64,000 nt of DNA from Antedon mediterranea (lineage: Eukaryota > Animalia > Echinodermata): the NCBI RefSeq assembly GCF_964355755.1, contig NC_092673.1, positions 13,426,948 through 13,490,947 on the forward strand. The letters are read 5' to 3'. Each line of letters starts with the position of its first letter. Position 1 is the stretch's first letter. Of this stretch, positions 40,471 to 53,849 are shown piece by piece. The notes under the pieces were generated by a model that was not told the DNA's origin, did not search any database, and was given only the letters and a program-made list of their open reading frames with translations. A program made the position numbers and the translations under genes.

Positions 40471-41189
40471 CTGTGGCACAGGCTTGCTTGGTTGGCCAAA
40501 TTGCAAACTATATATAAAAGCAATTTTAAATAAAAGCAGTTTTCACTCCCATCATTTATTTTATTATAAGACAAGAGGATGGTGGAGGCATTTTTATGCC
40601 ATGGCAGATTATTTCCTAATTCCAACATTTGAAATGAATAAAAACAGTAACACAACAAGTATTTATTTAAAAAAGGGTAAATATTAAATAAAATCCTTTT
40701 TATTCAACCTGAATGATACTAATATAATAGTCCTTCTACAGACTTGAGAATATAGTGCATAATTCAGTTTTATCTGCTATATACTGACTGTACATAAAGG
40801 AACAGGTCTCCTTTGCAAATAATTGTCTTGATTTTTATCTTTCAGAATGATTGTTGGAGAAGAATGCTAAAGTAGAAGCGAGTTGCTTGAACAACAAGGA
40901 AAAAATAAGTAAAAGTTTGAATAGATGTACTTCTAAACAATTAATTAAACACGATAGGGTATGTGGGACATAAGACCTTAGCAGGTTAACGTCCTTAACC
41001 CATTAGATGATAAATAAAGCATCTTATTTATATATCAAAACAATAAAGTAAAAAGGCCTTGTACTATTGTGTTGAATTGCCTTTTATTTTAGGTCCTAGT
41101 TTAACATCATAACATACTGTAGTCTCATGAGAGTTTTAACTTGTTTTGTTGAATTCCTATTATAATACTGTAGTGTATTTAATGCTATG

Positions 41190-41558
41190 TAGCATTTCCC
41201 TGCTAACATGTAATTTGCTCACTAGTGTAGCATTCACCCAATAACATTCGAATGCTAGTGTAGCATTCACCCACTAGCATTCGAATGATAGTGTAGCATT
41301 CACACACTAGCATTCGAATGATAGTGTAGCATTCACCCACTAGCATTCGAATGCTAGTGTAGCATTCACCCACTAGCATTTGAATGCTAGTGCTACCATT
41401 CGCATGCTTAGCTCATTTAAATAATTCGGCTCCCTGGAAGGCTTAGCGAAGCCTTAACGAATGCTAAATTCAGTCAGTGAATGCCAATAATAGTATTCCA
41501 GGAGTAGCATTCGAATGCTTTGTAAATGGTAAGCGAAGGCATTCAGCTTTGGTAAGGG
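41190..41558. repeat. 33-bp tandem repeat containing a 22-bp palindrome; probable subterminal region of a ...GTAAGGG-ended DNA transposon
   Basis: Unit GTAGCATTCACCCACTAGCATTCGAATGCTAGT, about 5-6 copies. Confidence 0.75.
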
Positions 41559-41594
41559 TTAGGAAATATGCATATCAAACAGTTAGTTCTTCAG

Positions 41595-41862
41595 TCAAAG
41601 ACTGATCTCCCAGAGGGCCCAGTTGGTGATCAGTGGCTGTGATGTACTAATACACCGGGGTAACCCCCTACTCGTCTCGAAAGATGTACTAGGTTCTTTA
41701 AAGTGCACACGAGCAAGTTGTGTACACTGGACCTACGGTTTATAGTCCTTATCCGAGAAGACTCGTTCTACCACCAGAACCATGGAGTGAGTGAGCCTCG
41801 AACCCCTGCCGATGTTATGGCTACGTGATTACGGTTCCACTGTCTTAACCGCTCGGCCACTC
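41595..41862 (-). mobile_element. tRNA-derived SINE with Deu/Nin-like central domain
   Basis: Minus strand: A box GTGGCCGAGCGG, B box GGTTCGAGGC, then CTCGGATAAGGACTATAAACCGTAGGTCC and GCACTTTAAAGAACC. Confidence 0.75.
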
Positions 41863-41891
41863 ACTCACTCACTCAAACCTCGGTTAATTTA

Positions 41892-42620
41892 AAATATATA
41901 GTCTAATGTTTAGGACATATGCATATCAAACAGTAGGTTCCGGGTTCAAATCTCGGTTTATTTGAAATATATAGTCTAATGGTTAGGACATAAGCATATC
42001 AAACAGTTGGTTCCGGGTTCAAATCTCGGTTTATTTGAAATATATAGTCTAATGGTTAGGACATAAGCATATCAAACAGTAGGTTCCCGATTCAAATCTC
42101 GGTTTATTTGAAATATATAGTCTAATGGTTAGGACATATGCATATCAAACAGTAGGTTCCGGGTTCAAATCTCGGTTTATTTGAAATATATAGTCTAATG
42201 GTTAGGACATAAGCATATCAAACAGTAGGTTCCGGGTTCAAATCTCAGTTTATTTGAAATATATAGTCTAATGGTTAGGACATATGCATATCAAATAGTA
42301 GGTTCCGGGTTCAAATCTCGGTTTATTTGAAATATATAGTCTAATGGTTAGGACATATGCATATCAAACAGTAGGTTCCGGGTTCAAATCTCAGTTTATT
42401 TGAAATATATAGTCTAATGGTTAGGACATAAGCATATCAAACAGTAGGTTCCGGGTTCAAATCTCGGTTTATTTGAAATATATAGTCTAATGGTTAGGAC
42501 ATATGCATATCAAACAGTAGGTTCCGGGTTCAAATCTCGGTTTATTTGAAATATATAGTCTAATGGTAGGACATATGCATATCAAACAGTTGGTTCTGGG
42601 TTCGAATCTCGGATAGGATT
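41892..42620 (+). repeat. Head-to-tail array of ten 73-bp tRNA-like units
   Basis: Units start at 41892+73n; consensus AAATATATAGTCTAATGGTTAGGACATATGCATATCAAACAGTAGGTTCCGGGTTCAAATCTCGGTTTATTTG. Confidence 0.92.
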
Positions 42621-44099
42621 TATTTCTCACACTCATTCTCGCATACACCAGGAAAAATAAGTATTGTTTCTGGTCAGATGTATCTTAATAATCGATATAT
42701 TTAGGCATTACATTGTTATTGAACGTCCAAAATGGCACTGAACACTGAAAACTGATACAGGATTCCTTTAGGTGGCAAGTTATTGTTGAACACTAAAAAA
42801 AAAATCATGTACACAAGCTTCAAAATGGCATCTTTCAAAATTGTAAAATAACAAAAATGCGAATATATTTTACAAGGTGAACATTTAAATGCCAGTATTA
42901 CAGAATGAGCATATATATAAAAAAATTATTCTTTGTTTATTTTTTTGTACAATAAGGTACTTCCAGACATCGATCAGCAGAAACACCAGAAGACGAAGCA
43001 AATCGCCGTGCTGCAGCCAAGAAAGGTGTTCAAAAACGCCGATCAGCAGAAACACCATTAGAAACAGCAAATCGGCGTGCTGCAACCAAGAAAGGTGTTC
43101 AAAAACGCTGATCAGCAGAAACACCAGACGACACAGAAAGGCGTCATATCTCTAAAAAAAGAAACTGAGACATACAAGAAAGCATAATATTCCCACAGTT
43201 AAATATGCGACACCTTTTTCACAAAGGTTTCTGAAGGGCCCATATATGTGTGTTGACTTTTTTATAAGGCTATGAGAAGAAAAATATCTGTCAACTAATA
43301 CTGCTATTGATTCAATTATTCAGTCAAGACAAGATATACAAACCAACAAAAAAAGTTGGATATGCAGAACGTGTCACACCACTATGAAACGTGGACAGAC
43401 TCCTGCACAATCTTGGGCAAACGGACTAGCTCTGGATGACATACCTCCAGAACTTGATGATCTGAGACCGCTGGAGTTGCAACTAATTAGTCAACGCATA
43501 CCATTTATGAAGCTGGTTGGATTACCCAGAGGAGGTCAAAAGGCGATCCATGGTAGTGCAGTCAATGTCCCATTGAAGCTGGACTCCATTACATCTTTGC
43601 TACCTAGACTTCCAGAGACTGCCGAGGTTGTTCCATTCAAGCTGAAGAGAAAGCTCGAGTTTAAAGGTCACTACATGTACGACTATGTAAGACCAAAGAG
43701 GGTAATGGACGCACTGCGCTGGCTTCAAACTAATAATTCTCTTTATGCAGACATTACGATATGCCAAGAGTGGGAATCCCATTGGAAAGAAGATGATGCT
43801 GATTTATGGGAAGAAACTTTTAATGTTTCATTAGATGGCACAGATCGTTTAACAACATACACACCAGCAGTATCACCACTCCCAGTGGAAAATGATTATC
43901 AAATACTGGAGCATTTAGCTCAACATCTGGTTATAAGGTAAGAGACACTCCTGGTGATGGCAACTGTTTTTTTCACGCCACCTCTACTTCTCTAGCTACT
44001 GCAAGGATACATCAACTCAGTGGTGCTAAACTAAGAGAGCGACCGATACATTTCTTCAAGTCAACGGATGTTCCTGAAGATTATGCTGCTTTTCTTCAA

Positions 44100-47000
44100 T
44101 TGCCTAATTTACGGGCAGATCAACTAGGAACAGCAACATCAACAACATCACGATCATTAAAGAATAGCGGCTATTCAATAACGGAGAATCTTACATCTAA
44201 GCGCCTTCATCTGCTGCACGAAGCATCACGCAACGAAGCTGTAGAAGCTGCTTGGTCCATGGATGGGAGAATCACCTGTTTGCTGAAGAAGAACCTGAAA
44301 AAAGTGATCATCAGGTCTGAATCTGACATCCGATGCCTTTAGACGTAGTACTCTACAGTATTAATTTTGAGCACCGACAGCTAAGTACTCTTTATTACAT
44401 CCACTAACTTGCCTATTGAACAAAGTTAACTATCACTCCATAATGACTTTCAAACGTTGACTTCTTATTCTTATTTTCTTATTTAACTTTCTTTATAATC
44501 ATTGCTAATCGATCCTTTATCATTATTGCAATTTTTACTTTCATTCTTCATTTTTTTGTACTCAAACTTTACCCTTATGCCTATTACTTTTATAATTATT
44601 TATCGTAGTCCTATACACAGACCTATTATATTGTCAAAAAAGGTTTTCAATGACTTAATGTTAGCGGCAGTTATTGGCGTTATCATCATTACCATTATTA
44701 TATGTTTATTAGTGTTATTGTTGTTTTATTAATATTATTTTTTTTAATGGGCCAAATATTATCACAGATACTGACGTTACTGATATTTTCTTAGACTTAG
44801 ATTTTTTATTGACTTTGATTATGTTATGTTTGTATTGTTTATATTATTATTTCTATTATTGATCTTACCCCTAATGTTATTTCTGATGTTATTGTTTTAT
44901 AATACATAATATTAACATTATTATTATCTTAACTATTACTATTACCTATTTCATTGATACTAATATTTTATTGATGGGCCAAATATCAATATCACTGATA
45001 TTAACATCACTGTTACTAATGTTATATTGACGTTATTGATATCATCATTATAATGTTATGAAGTTGTATTATTATTTACCATATTATTATTTTAATCCCT
45101 TTAATCCTTTTAAAGTTTTTTTTTCTTATTTGAATTATTTTTTCTTGACATCAATTTTTATTTTTCAATTTGAATTGTTTTTTATTGTTATACTTTTGTT
45201 TTTTGCATTGTACTATCATGTCTCATAACCAATCAACCCAGATAACTTTACCTCCAATATTGACCCTGATTCACAATTTTTGTCAAATAGCAACATGAGC
45301 ACCTCCCAATATTACGATCCTAATGAATTTTCTGTTAATACCACAAGTGAATGTTTCTCTACTATCCATTTTAATTCAAGGAGCATTTTAAAACATTTTG
45401 ACGACATGAAACAGCTTTTAACATGACTAGATTTACCATTCGATGTAATTGGCGTAAGCGAAACATGGCTTAAGTACGATAATCCCTTGGTTCAACTCCC
45501 CAACTACCACTTTGTCTCCAATCACCGAAGTCATAAAGACGGCGGTGGGGTTGCCATGTATATTCGTGATGGTCTTCAATTTGCTACAAGACATGATCTT
45601 CATCTCCATCCCTCTATTTGCGAATCCATTTTTTATTGAGATTAATAGACCTCACTCTAAAAACATTGTCATTGGTACAGTATATAGATCACCATCCCTT
45701 GACCCTCTTCAATTTACGAATGAACTTCAATCTGTCTTATCAAAACTATCAAGAGAAAACAAAATTGTGTACATTCTCGGAGACTTCAATATTGATATCC
45801 TCAAATATGAATCAGATAACGATGCCCAATACTTTGTTAATTCCTTATTTAGCAATCACTACCTTCCCCGCATTCACAGACCATCTCGTATCAAAACTAC
45901 AGCTACCCTGTTAGACAATATCATAAGCAATCACATTGACTTTCCAAACATGAGTTAACTATTCTACAGTGACATCTCAGACCATCTCCCAGTGTTTAAT
46001 ATTTCATTTTTGTCCAATGTTACTACTAGCTCAAACAGGGAAGATAAATCGGCTTTTAGGAAAATTAACCCCTCTACATTAGAACACTTCCGTCAAGAAG
46101 TGGCTACTCAACAGTGGACCAATGTATTTTATAACCAGGACCCCAATATAGCATACAATTACTTTGAAAACACACTAAAGTCCCTATACGACAAAAACTT
46201 CCCCCTCCAGTACAACATTAAAAAAGACAAAAAAATTAAATCATGGATGTCTGACGGCTTGCTCAAATCTATAAAATATAAGCAGAAATTATATGCCAAA
46301 TTTCTTCACCGTCCGACTCTCCCATAAATGAAAAAGCTTATAAACTATACCGCAATAAATTGAATTCTGTAATCAAAATTTCTAAAGCTAATTACTTCCA
46401 AAATATATTTCACAAACATAAAAATGATATCAAGGCAACTTGAAAGACAATTAATTCTCTGATTAATAACAAAAACAACAGCAATCAACAATCCAATACT
46501 CCCTTTAACTGCGATGGCGAATTGACCGAAGATCAGGAGAAAATTTCTAATGCATTTAATAAATACTTTGTCGAAATTGACCCCACCCTTGCAAACCAAA
46601 TTTCCCGTGTTACCAAATCATTCAAAGAATTCTTACCAAATCCAAATCCAAATTCAATATTTCTTAACCCAGTTGATGAGTCTGAAATAGTCAAAATAAT
46701 AACTTTTCGTTTGAAAATAATAAATCTCCAGGTATTAATGACTTTCATACCAAGGCCATTAAATACATTGCTGATCTGATTTCCCTTCCCCTGTGTCATA
46801 TTTTTAATCTTGCTTTATCCAGCGGTGTGTTCCCAGAGAGGATGAAGATAGCGTGCGTTACCCCTACAAATCTGGTCCAAAATCTGATCTCTCTAATTAT
46901 CGGCCCATCTCCATTCTATCTATTTTTTCAAAAGCCCTGGAAAGAGTAATTTATGACCGAATATTTTCATTTAATACCAAATTCAACATACTTTTCAACA

Positions 47001-48549
47001 GACAATACGGTTTCAGAAAGGGACACAACACGTCAATGGCTCTCATCGACCTGACAAATAAAATTATAGACGCTTTCGAAAACCGCCATCTTCCAATCGG
47101 CATTTTCATAGACCTTTCCAAGGCTTTTGATACTATTGAATCCGTGGATCAGCAATTAATCTCTTAAATAGTTCTCTCCAATCGTGCCCAATGTACCAAA
47201 TACTCTCACTCCATATCCACTTTTAGTCCTATCACATGCGGCGTCCCTCAAGGATCTCTACTTGGCCCCCTCTTATTTATTATACTTAAATGATATTCAC
47301 TTCTCTTCAAAGCTCCTAAATTGTTTCCTTTATGCTTCCTTTATCCTTTTACGACACTACAGTACTTCATTCTAACAAAAATGTCCAATCCTTATTCAAT
47401 ACTGTCAACTCCAATTTGATCAATCCTCTTTGGGACCCCACAACTATTAAAATCTATTGACTTATCAGCCAACAAAATCACCATTGACAACCATGATATA
47501 CCTTGTGTTCAATCAGCTAAGTTTTTAGGTGTAGTTTGGACAGCAATCTAACGTGGAAAAATCATATTAGAAGTAGAGAATAAGACTTCCAAAAGCGTTG
47601 GTATCATATCTAGGTTATCCTCATTTGTACCCCTTAATATTCTTCGAACCCTTTACTGCTCCTTCATTCTTCCCTATTTGAGCTACTGTAACATTGTCTG
47701 GGCGAATACTTACGTATCCAACCTCAGTAAACTGCAAATTATACAAAAGAAGGCTATCAGGATTATATCTGGCGCTCCACCGCGGTCCCATTCTTCCCAT
47801 TTATTTTCCAAACTTAATCTCCTCTAACTCATTGATATAAACTTAATGCAACAAGGCAAATTTGTATTCTCTGCCCTGCATTCCACTTCTCCAAATCATT
47901 TAAACAATATGTTTATTCCGAATTTTTCTATTCACAATTACCCTACACGTTCTAGAACTGATATACACATACCTATCCACAACACCAATTATTTTCAAAA
48001 CAGTATTAGATACTCCGGTCCATCAATGATGAACAGTTTACCAGCCCTAATTACAAATGCTGTTTCAATTTCTTTATTTTCCAAAAAATTAAAACAACAC
48101 CTAATGTTAAACTATTAAAAAGACAACAATCGAATGTCGCAATTTGATTTATGCTGCTGAACATTGATCTACTGTGGTTTTTGAGTTTTATTTTCTGATT
48201 CTTCAATTTGATTGATCTATTTTTTAAAATTTATTTAATTTATTTATTTATTTTTTTTATTTATTTTTTTTTCCTTTTGTGTGCGTTTTTTTGTCTTGTT
48301 TGTTTCTCTTAATTTCCACTCTTATTCAATTATCCATTTTATTATTTATTTTATACCCAGCACAAGATTTCCTCATCTTCTCGGGATTATGCCTTCCTCC
48401 ATAGCCAATTTTCTTAAATTCACTTTTCTTTTGTATATCCAACAATCATCTATTTCATTTTTTATATTCCTTACCATTTCTGTTTATTATTTTGTATTGT
48501 ATTGCTATGGAGGAAAATAAATGTCTTTTTGAATTGAATTGAATTGAAT
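44100..48549 (+). mobile_element. 5'-truncated CR1/L2-group LINE (ORF1 C-terminus plus decayed APE-RT ORF2)
   Basis: ORF1 end YSITENLT..AWSMDGRI; ORF2 from ~45218: IDPD, SETW, GDFNID, SDHLPV, NYRPIS, QYGFR, DLSKAFD, GVPQG; ends with an (GAATT)n tail. Confidence 0.92.
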
Positions 48550-49283
48550 CACCGTCCACAACTGAAAATAGGCAGCTCAAGCAATTCAAAACCTATATCC
48601 ATCAGTTGCAATGTGGAGAATGGGCTGATAACCTCGCAGTTCAGGGTGTGGCTGATATGCTTAATATCAACATTCGGGTCATCAACACAATAACGCCCAA
48701 CTGGATTCATGACATACAACCAAGGCAGCAAAGAAGTGACAACACAATCACCATTGGCCTGATGGGAGAAATTCATTATGTCGCTTTAGTCAGAGTTGAG
48801 ACAACTACTAATGCAGAAACATTTGTACAGATTCCAAGACAAGAACATGAAGAAAAACAAGATGAACTGGCATTTTGAGCAAAGTGTAAAATAGCGAGGT
48901 ATATCCTATGACACACTGTTGCAACAAGAGCAACTATATCAAGATAACAACACAATTTCTGTACCTCCAGGACAACACCAAAGACCTCTGGCCTTTCTAC
49001 TTGATGAGCACTTTGAAGAGCTGGCCAATCCCTCAAAGTATCCATATGGTTGTGGAGGCTTCTCCAGTGCACGTGCAATAAAATTAACACCGCGTAGATA
49101 TTTCAATCAAAGGCTACTACATAAAGATGGTAGATTTGCCAAAGACATTGACTATCTATTAGCTGCTCAATACACAGTCGAGTCCAAGCAGGTTAGGGAT
49201 GACCTCCAAATATCTTTAAGGCAAACTCGAGGTCAAACTTTTCAAAACCGTAAAGTCAATGCTGGACTGATGAAATGCTCTAA

Positions 49284-50975
49284 TAGTAGGCATGTTAAGG
49301 TGCATATTTTAGGCAAATCCTTCAAATTGTGATAATATTTTGAAACTTTGCACAGTTATTCATTAGGGTGTCAAAAACATGAAATGGAAGGGTTGAACAA
49401 AATTTGGTCAGGGGAAAGCCGCCATTTTGGATTTCAAAATGGCGGACCCCAAATTTTCACTTTTCAGGTATATCTCTGCTAAAAAGGCACCTAGAGTTCT
49501 GATTTTAGGTGCAAATTATATGGTAGTGGGGTCACCAAACATATTGGTATAACTAACATTTTGATTGCATGGTGGCCATGTTGGATTTCAAAATGGCGGA
49601 CCCCAAATTTTCACTTTTCAGGTATATCTCTGCTAAAAAGGCACCTAGAGTTCTGATTTTAGGTGCAAATTATATGGTAGTGGGGTCACCAAACATATTG
49701 GTATAACTAACATTTTGATTGCATGGTGGCCATGTTTGATTTCAAAATGGCGGACCCCAAATTTTCACTTTTCAGGTATATCTCTGCTAAAAAGGCACCT
49801 AGAGTTCTGATTTTAGGTGCAAATTATATGGTAGTGGGGTCACCAAAAATATTGGTACAACTAACATTTTGATTGCATGGCGGCCATGTTGGATTTCAAA
49901 ATGGCGGACTTCAAATTTTCACTTTTCAGGTATATCTCTGCTAAAAAGGCACCTAGAGTTCTGATTTTAGGTGCAAATTATATGGTAGTGGGGTCACCAA
50001 AAATATTGGTACAACTAACATTTTGATTGCATGGCGGCCATGTTGGATTTCAAAATGGCGGACTTCAAATTTTCACTTTTCAGGTATATCTCTGCTAAAA
50101 AGGCACCTAGAGTTCTGATTTTAGGTGCAAATTATATGGTAGTGGGGTCACCAAAAATATTGGTACAACTAACATTTTGATTGCATGGCGGCCATGTTGG
50201 ATTTCAAAATGGCGGACTTCAAATTTTCACTTTTCAGGTATATCTCTGCTAAAAAGGCACCTAGAGTTCTGATTTTAGGTGCAAATTATATGGTAATGGG
50301 TCACCAAACATATTGGTATTTAACTGACATTACCTGAAAAGTGAAAATTTGAAGTCCGCCATTTTGAAATCCAAAATGGCCGCCGTGCAATCAAAATGTT
50401 AGTTATACTGTACCAATATGTTTGGTGACCCCATTAACATATAATTTGCACCTAAAATCAGAACTCTAGGTGCCTTTTTAGCAGAGATATACCTGAAAAA
50501 TGGAAATTTGAAATCCGCCATTTTGAAATCCAACATGGCCGCTATGGAATCAAAATGTTAGTTATACCAGTATGTTTGGTGACCCCACTACCATATAATT
50601 TGGACCTAAAATCAGAACACTAGGTGCCTCTTTAGCAGAGAAAATACCTAAAAAGTGAAAATTTGAAGTCCGCCATTTTGAAATCCAAAATGGCCGCCAT
50701 GCAATTAAAATGTTAGTTATACCAATATGTTGGGTTACCCCATTACCATATAATTTGCACCTAAATTCAGAACTCTATGTGCCTATTTAGCAGAGATATA
50801 CCTGAAAAGTGAACAATTTGGGTCCGCTATTTTGAAATCCAAAATGGCGGCTTTCCCCTGACCAAATTTTGTGCAACCCTTCCATTTCATATTTTTGACA
50901 CCCTAATGAATAACTGTGCAAAGTTTCAGAATGTTATCACAATTTGAAGGATTGGGTCACTTAACAGGCCTACTA
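49284..50975. mobile_element. Non-autonomous foldback-like TIR transposon (Academ-type TAG...CTA ends, TAA TSD)
   Basis: Ends TAGTAGGCATGTTAAG / CTTAACAGGCCTACTA; long imperfect TIRs; ~6 forward and ~3.5 inverted 154-bp units; TAA at 49281-83 and 50976-78. Confidence 0.85.
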
Positions 50976-53849
50976 TAATAATGTACAGGCAATGCTTCGT
51001 ACAAATTCAGCGTACAGGTTTCTAAAAAATGTTCATGGATCGCCTGCATACTGGAACACTGTGCTGTTAGATTTACTGGCCATGGTCCCGCAACTGAGAA
51101 TACCAACCTGGTTTCTAACTTTATCGGCAGCTGATATACAGTGGCCAGAGGTAATCATCAGCATTGCTCATCAATATGGGAAGTACCTGTCGCCAGCAGA
51201 TGTGAAGGACATGCCATGGGAGGAAAATGACGCAAATGGCTCGGCTGTAATCCCGTGACAGCAGCTCGTCAATTCAAACCTCAACTTGATTTATTCTTTA
51301 AAGAATTCCTTCAAAGTAAGGCATGTCCTATCGGTCAGTTGCAGGATTTTATGATAAGAATAGAGTTTCAAGCATGTGGATCACCACACGCCCATACTAT
51401 ACTCTGGATCAAGGATGCTCCTAAACTTGGGGTAAACAGTGATACCGAAGTCACAGCATTCATTGATAAGTACCAATCGTGTTCTATCGCAAATGAAGAA
51501 GAGGGCAGCGACTTGCGAAGTCTTGTGCTTTCGCTTTAAAAACATGTGTATTCGTCAATGTGTAGATCTTTGGAAGAAGATCCTTGCATAATATTGATAA
51601 TCAGCTTAAATAGAAACAATATTTCCTGCTCAAAGCCCAAGAAGTGATGGCCGATGATGATATCCCAGAGGGTATTGCTCTTGATACTCTGATGCAGAAA
51701 TCCCAGGTCAGTGCTGATGATTATCAGGAAGCATTGCATCTCACAAAATTTGGAACACAGGTAATTCTACAAAGACAACCAGGTGAAAGGTGGATCAACA
51801 ACTATAACCCGCATATCCTGAAGACATGGCGTGCAAATATGGATCTACAGTTACATGCTCAAAAGTGAGAGGGCAATGAGCGAACTACTTAAACGGGTTG
51901 CTGAAGACAGCAACAAAATTAAAGAAGGTTGGCTCCGTTTTCTAAACCACCGAGAAGTAAGCGCCCAGGAAGCAGCATATAGGTTATTGTCAATGCCTCT
52001 CAAACGAGCAAGCCGCAAATTTGTCTTCATCAATACAGCTCCAAAAGACAAGAGGGTGTCTTTGCTGATCACATCCCAGACATACTTGGAGTTAGTGATG
52101 AAGATATAGGCACAGATGAACCGAATGCCAATAGTTACCCCAATACTATCACACTTCGAAATGGTAATGGAGTGATGAAAAAACGACGTAAACAATGTAT
52201 CATCAGGTAAAAAAGCTATTTATAATTCAATTGCATCACATAGGTCAAAACAATAATACTTGTATTAAATAGAAAGTATAAATATATCAATCCAAATTCA
52301 ACTAATAACCCCTCCCCACACCTCCTCTCTATTCATTTCAGGTTTCACAAGGAGAAAAACGAGGGTGAGGAAAAATATCGAAATCTTCTTATGCTTTATT
52401 TCCCATGGCGAGATGAGGACCATGATCTTCAGGGACATTTTGAATCATTTGAAGATAACTTTTTGAATGTTCAGGCAGTTGTTAGAGCAAACAAATTCAC
52501 ACAAAATGCCGATGCTGTGGCACCCGGTGCAGCACAAAACCAGGCAGACCAGGTTGCTGAAGGCATAATTGAAGAACGAGCCCTGCATATAGAAGACAGC
52601 AACATTGACATGGATCACACCCCATCCACTGCCCGATCGGAACTTCATGCAAGATTTTCAGCAGAACTAGGTAAACAGCTCATGACGCCACCACAGTATA
52701 GAGAAATGATGCGAGCTCTAAATACTAAGCAATAACAAGTGATCGCAATGTATCGTAAGTGGTGCAAAGACACAATTATCGCTCTCAAAGGTGACCTGCC
52801 CACTCTTGAGTACAGAATTTTTCTCAGCTGTACAGGAGGTGTAGGCAAAAGCCACTTGATAAAACTTATACATTATGAGACTATGAAGCTCTTAAAGCCT
52901 CTGTCAGGACATTTTGAGACTGCCTTCACTGGAACAGCAGCATTCAGCATTGATATGGCATGACATTGCACTCAGCTTTCAGTTTTCAATGTGGCCCAAG
53001 GGCCAAGAAGGAGTACCTTCCAGTAGGCAGCTAGAGACTTGGTAGGTGCTGACTTTCTTTACGACATTCACCGACGGCTAGGAGACATTACAGGAAGATG
53101 TGATCCAGAAACCCGATTTGGTGGCGTCAGCCTCCTGGCTGTTGGCAACTTGTATCAACTACAGCCTGTTGGCCAAAATTATGTGTTTGGTCTTCCAGGA
53201 GACAAGCAAGTACAATGTCACTACATTGTCACTACAATGACAACATCTTAGTATAGTAAAGTTTATGTTCGAATTAATCACAAATGTCCATAATTGTGCC
53301 CCCCAAAAATAATCACTTCTTGTGGTCTAATGCTTTTATCTTCATTGATTCATTGCAGCTATGCCAGGCTACATGGATCACTATGGCAAGAAAACTTCAA
53401 AATGATGCAGCTTGCTGAGAGCATGAGACAAAAAGAAGATGACATTATCATAACAAATTTCCAAGTTTAGCCCACTTTACCCAACGGATACGCTTCACGT
53501 TTTCAAAACAAATAAAGAAGTGGACGTGCATAACCAAAGTCATTTACAGAAACTGGCATCCCAGGTATTCAACATTTCAGCCATTGACAATGTTGCAGAC
53601 GGACTGGCAAATGGTGTATGTGGCACCATCACTGGGATATACAGCAGTGGTGATCAGGTACATGTTGTCTTCGTGACGTTTGACAGTGAGCGAAGTTCAG
53701 TTTTTTACTGGACGAGGAAGGCGTTCAGTTGAACAAATTGTAGTTTCAATGGAAGGGAAAGGAAAATTCATGCCAGGTCAAGCGTACGTTGCTCTAAGTA
53801 GAGTCAAGACCTTACAAGATTTATACCTGCTAGGTGCAACCTCCGGCTA

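Larger units (their letters stand above)
42957..53835 (+). mobile_element. Helitron/Helentron RepHel pseudogene (STPR-like repeats, OTU protease, HUH Rep, PIF1 helicase) with two nested insertions
   Basis: WICRTCH..ANGL..IPPEL..QRIPFMK; GDGNCFF..WAD..HY; YRFLKNVHGSPAYW; PTWFLTLSAAD; RIEFQACGSPHAH; GGVGKS; FGGVSLLAVGNLYQLQPV; GQAYVALSRV. Confidence 0.92.

Noticed and set aside
41892-42620. CRISPR array or functional tRNA gene cluster
   Set aside because: No variable spacers or cas genes and the context is eukaryotic; the anticodon stem does not pair and there are no spacers or terminators between units.
44502-44732. Hydrophobic membrane-protein-like ORF (also 48281-48520)
   Set aside because: Product of T-rich LINE spacer/3' UTR sequence.
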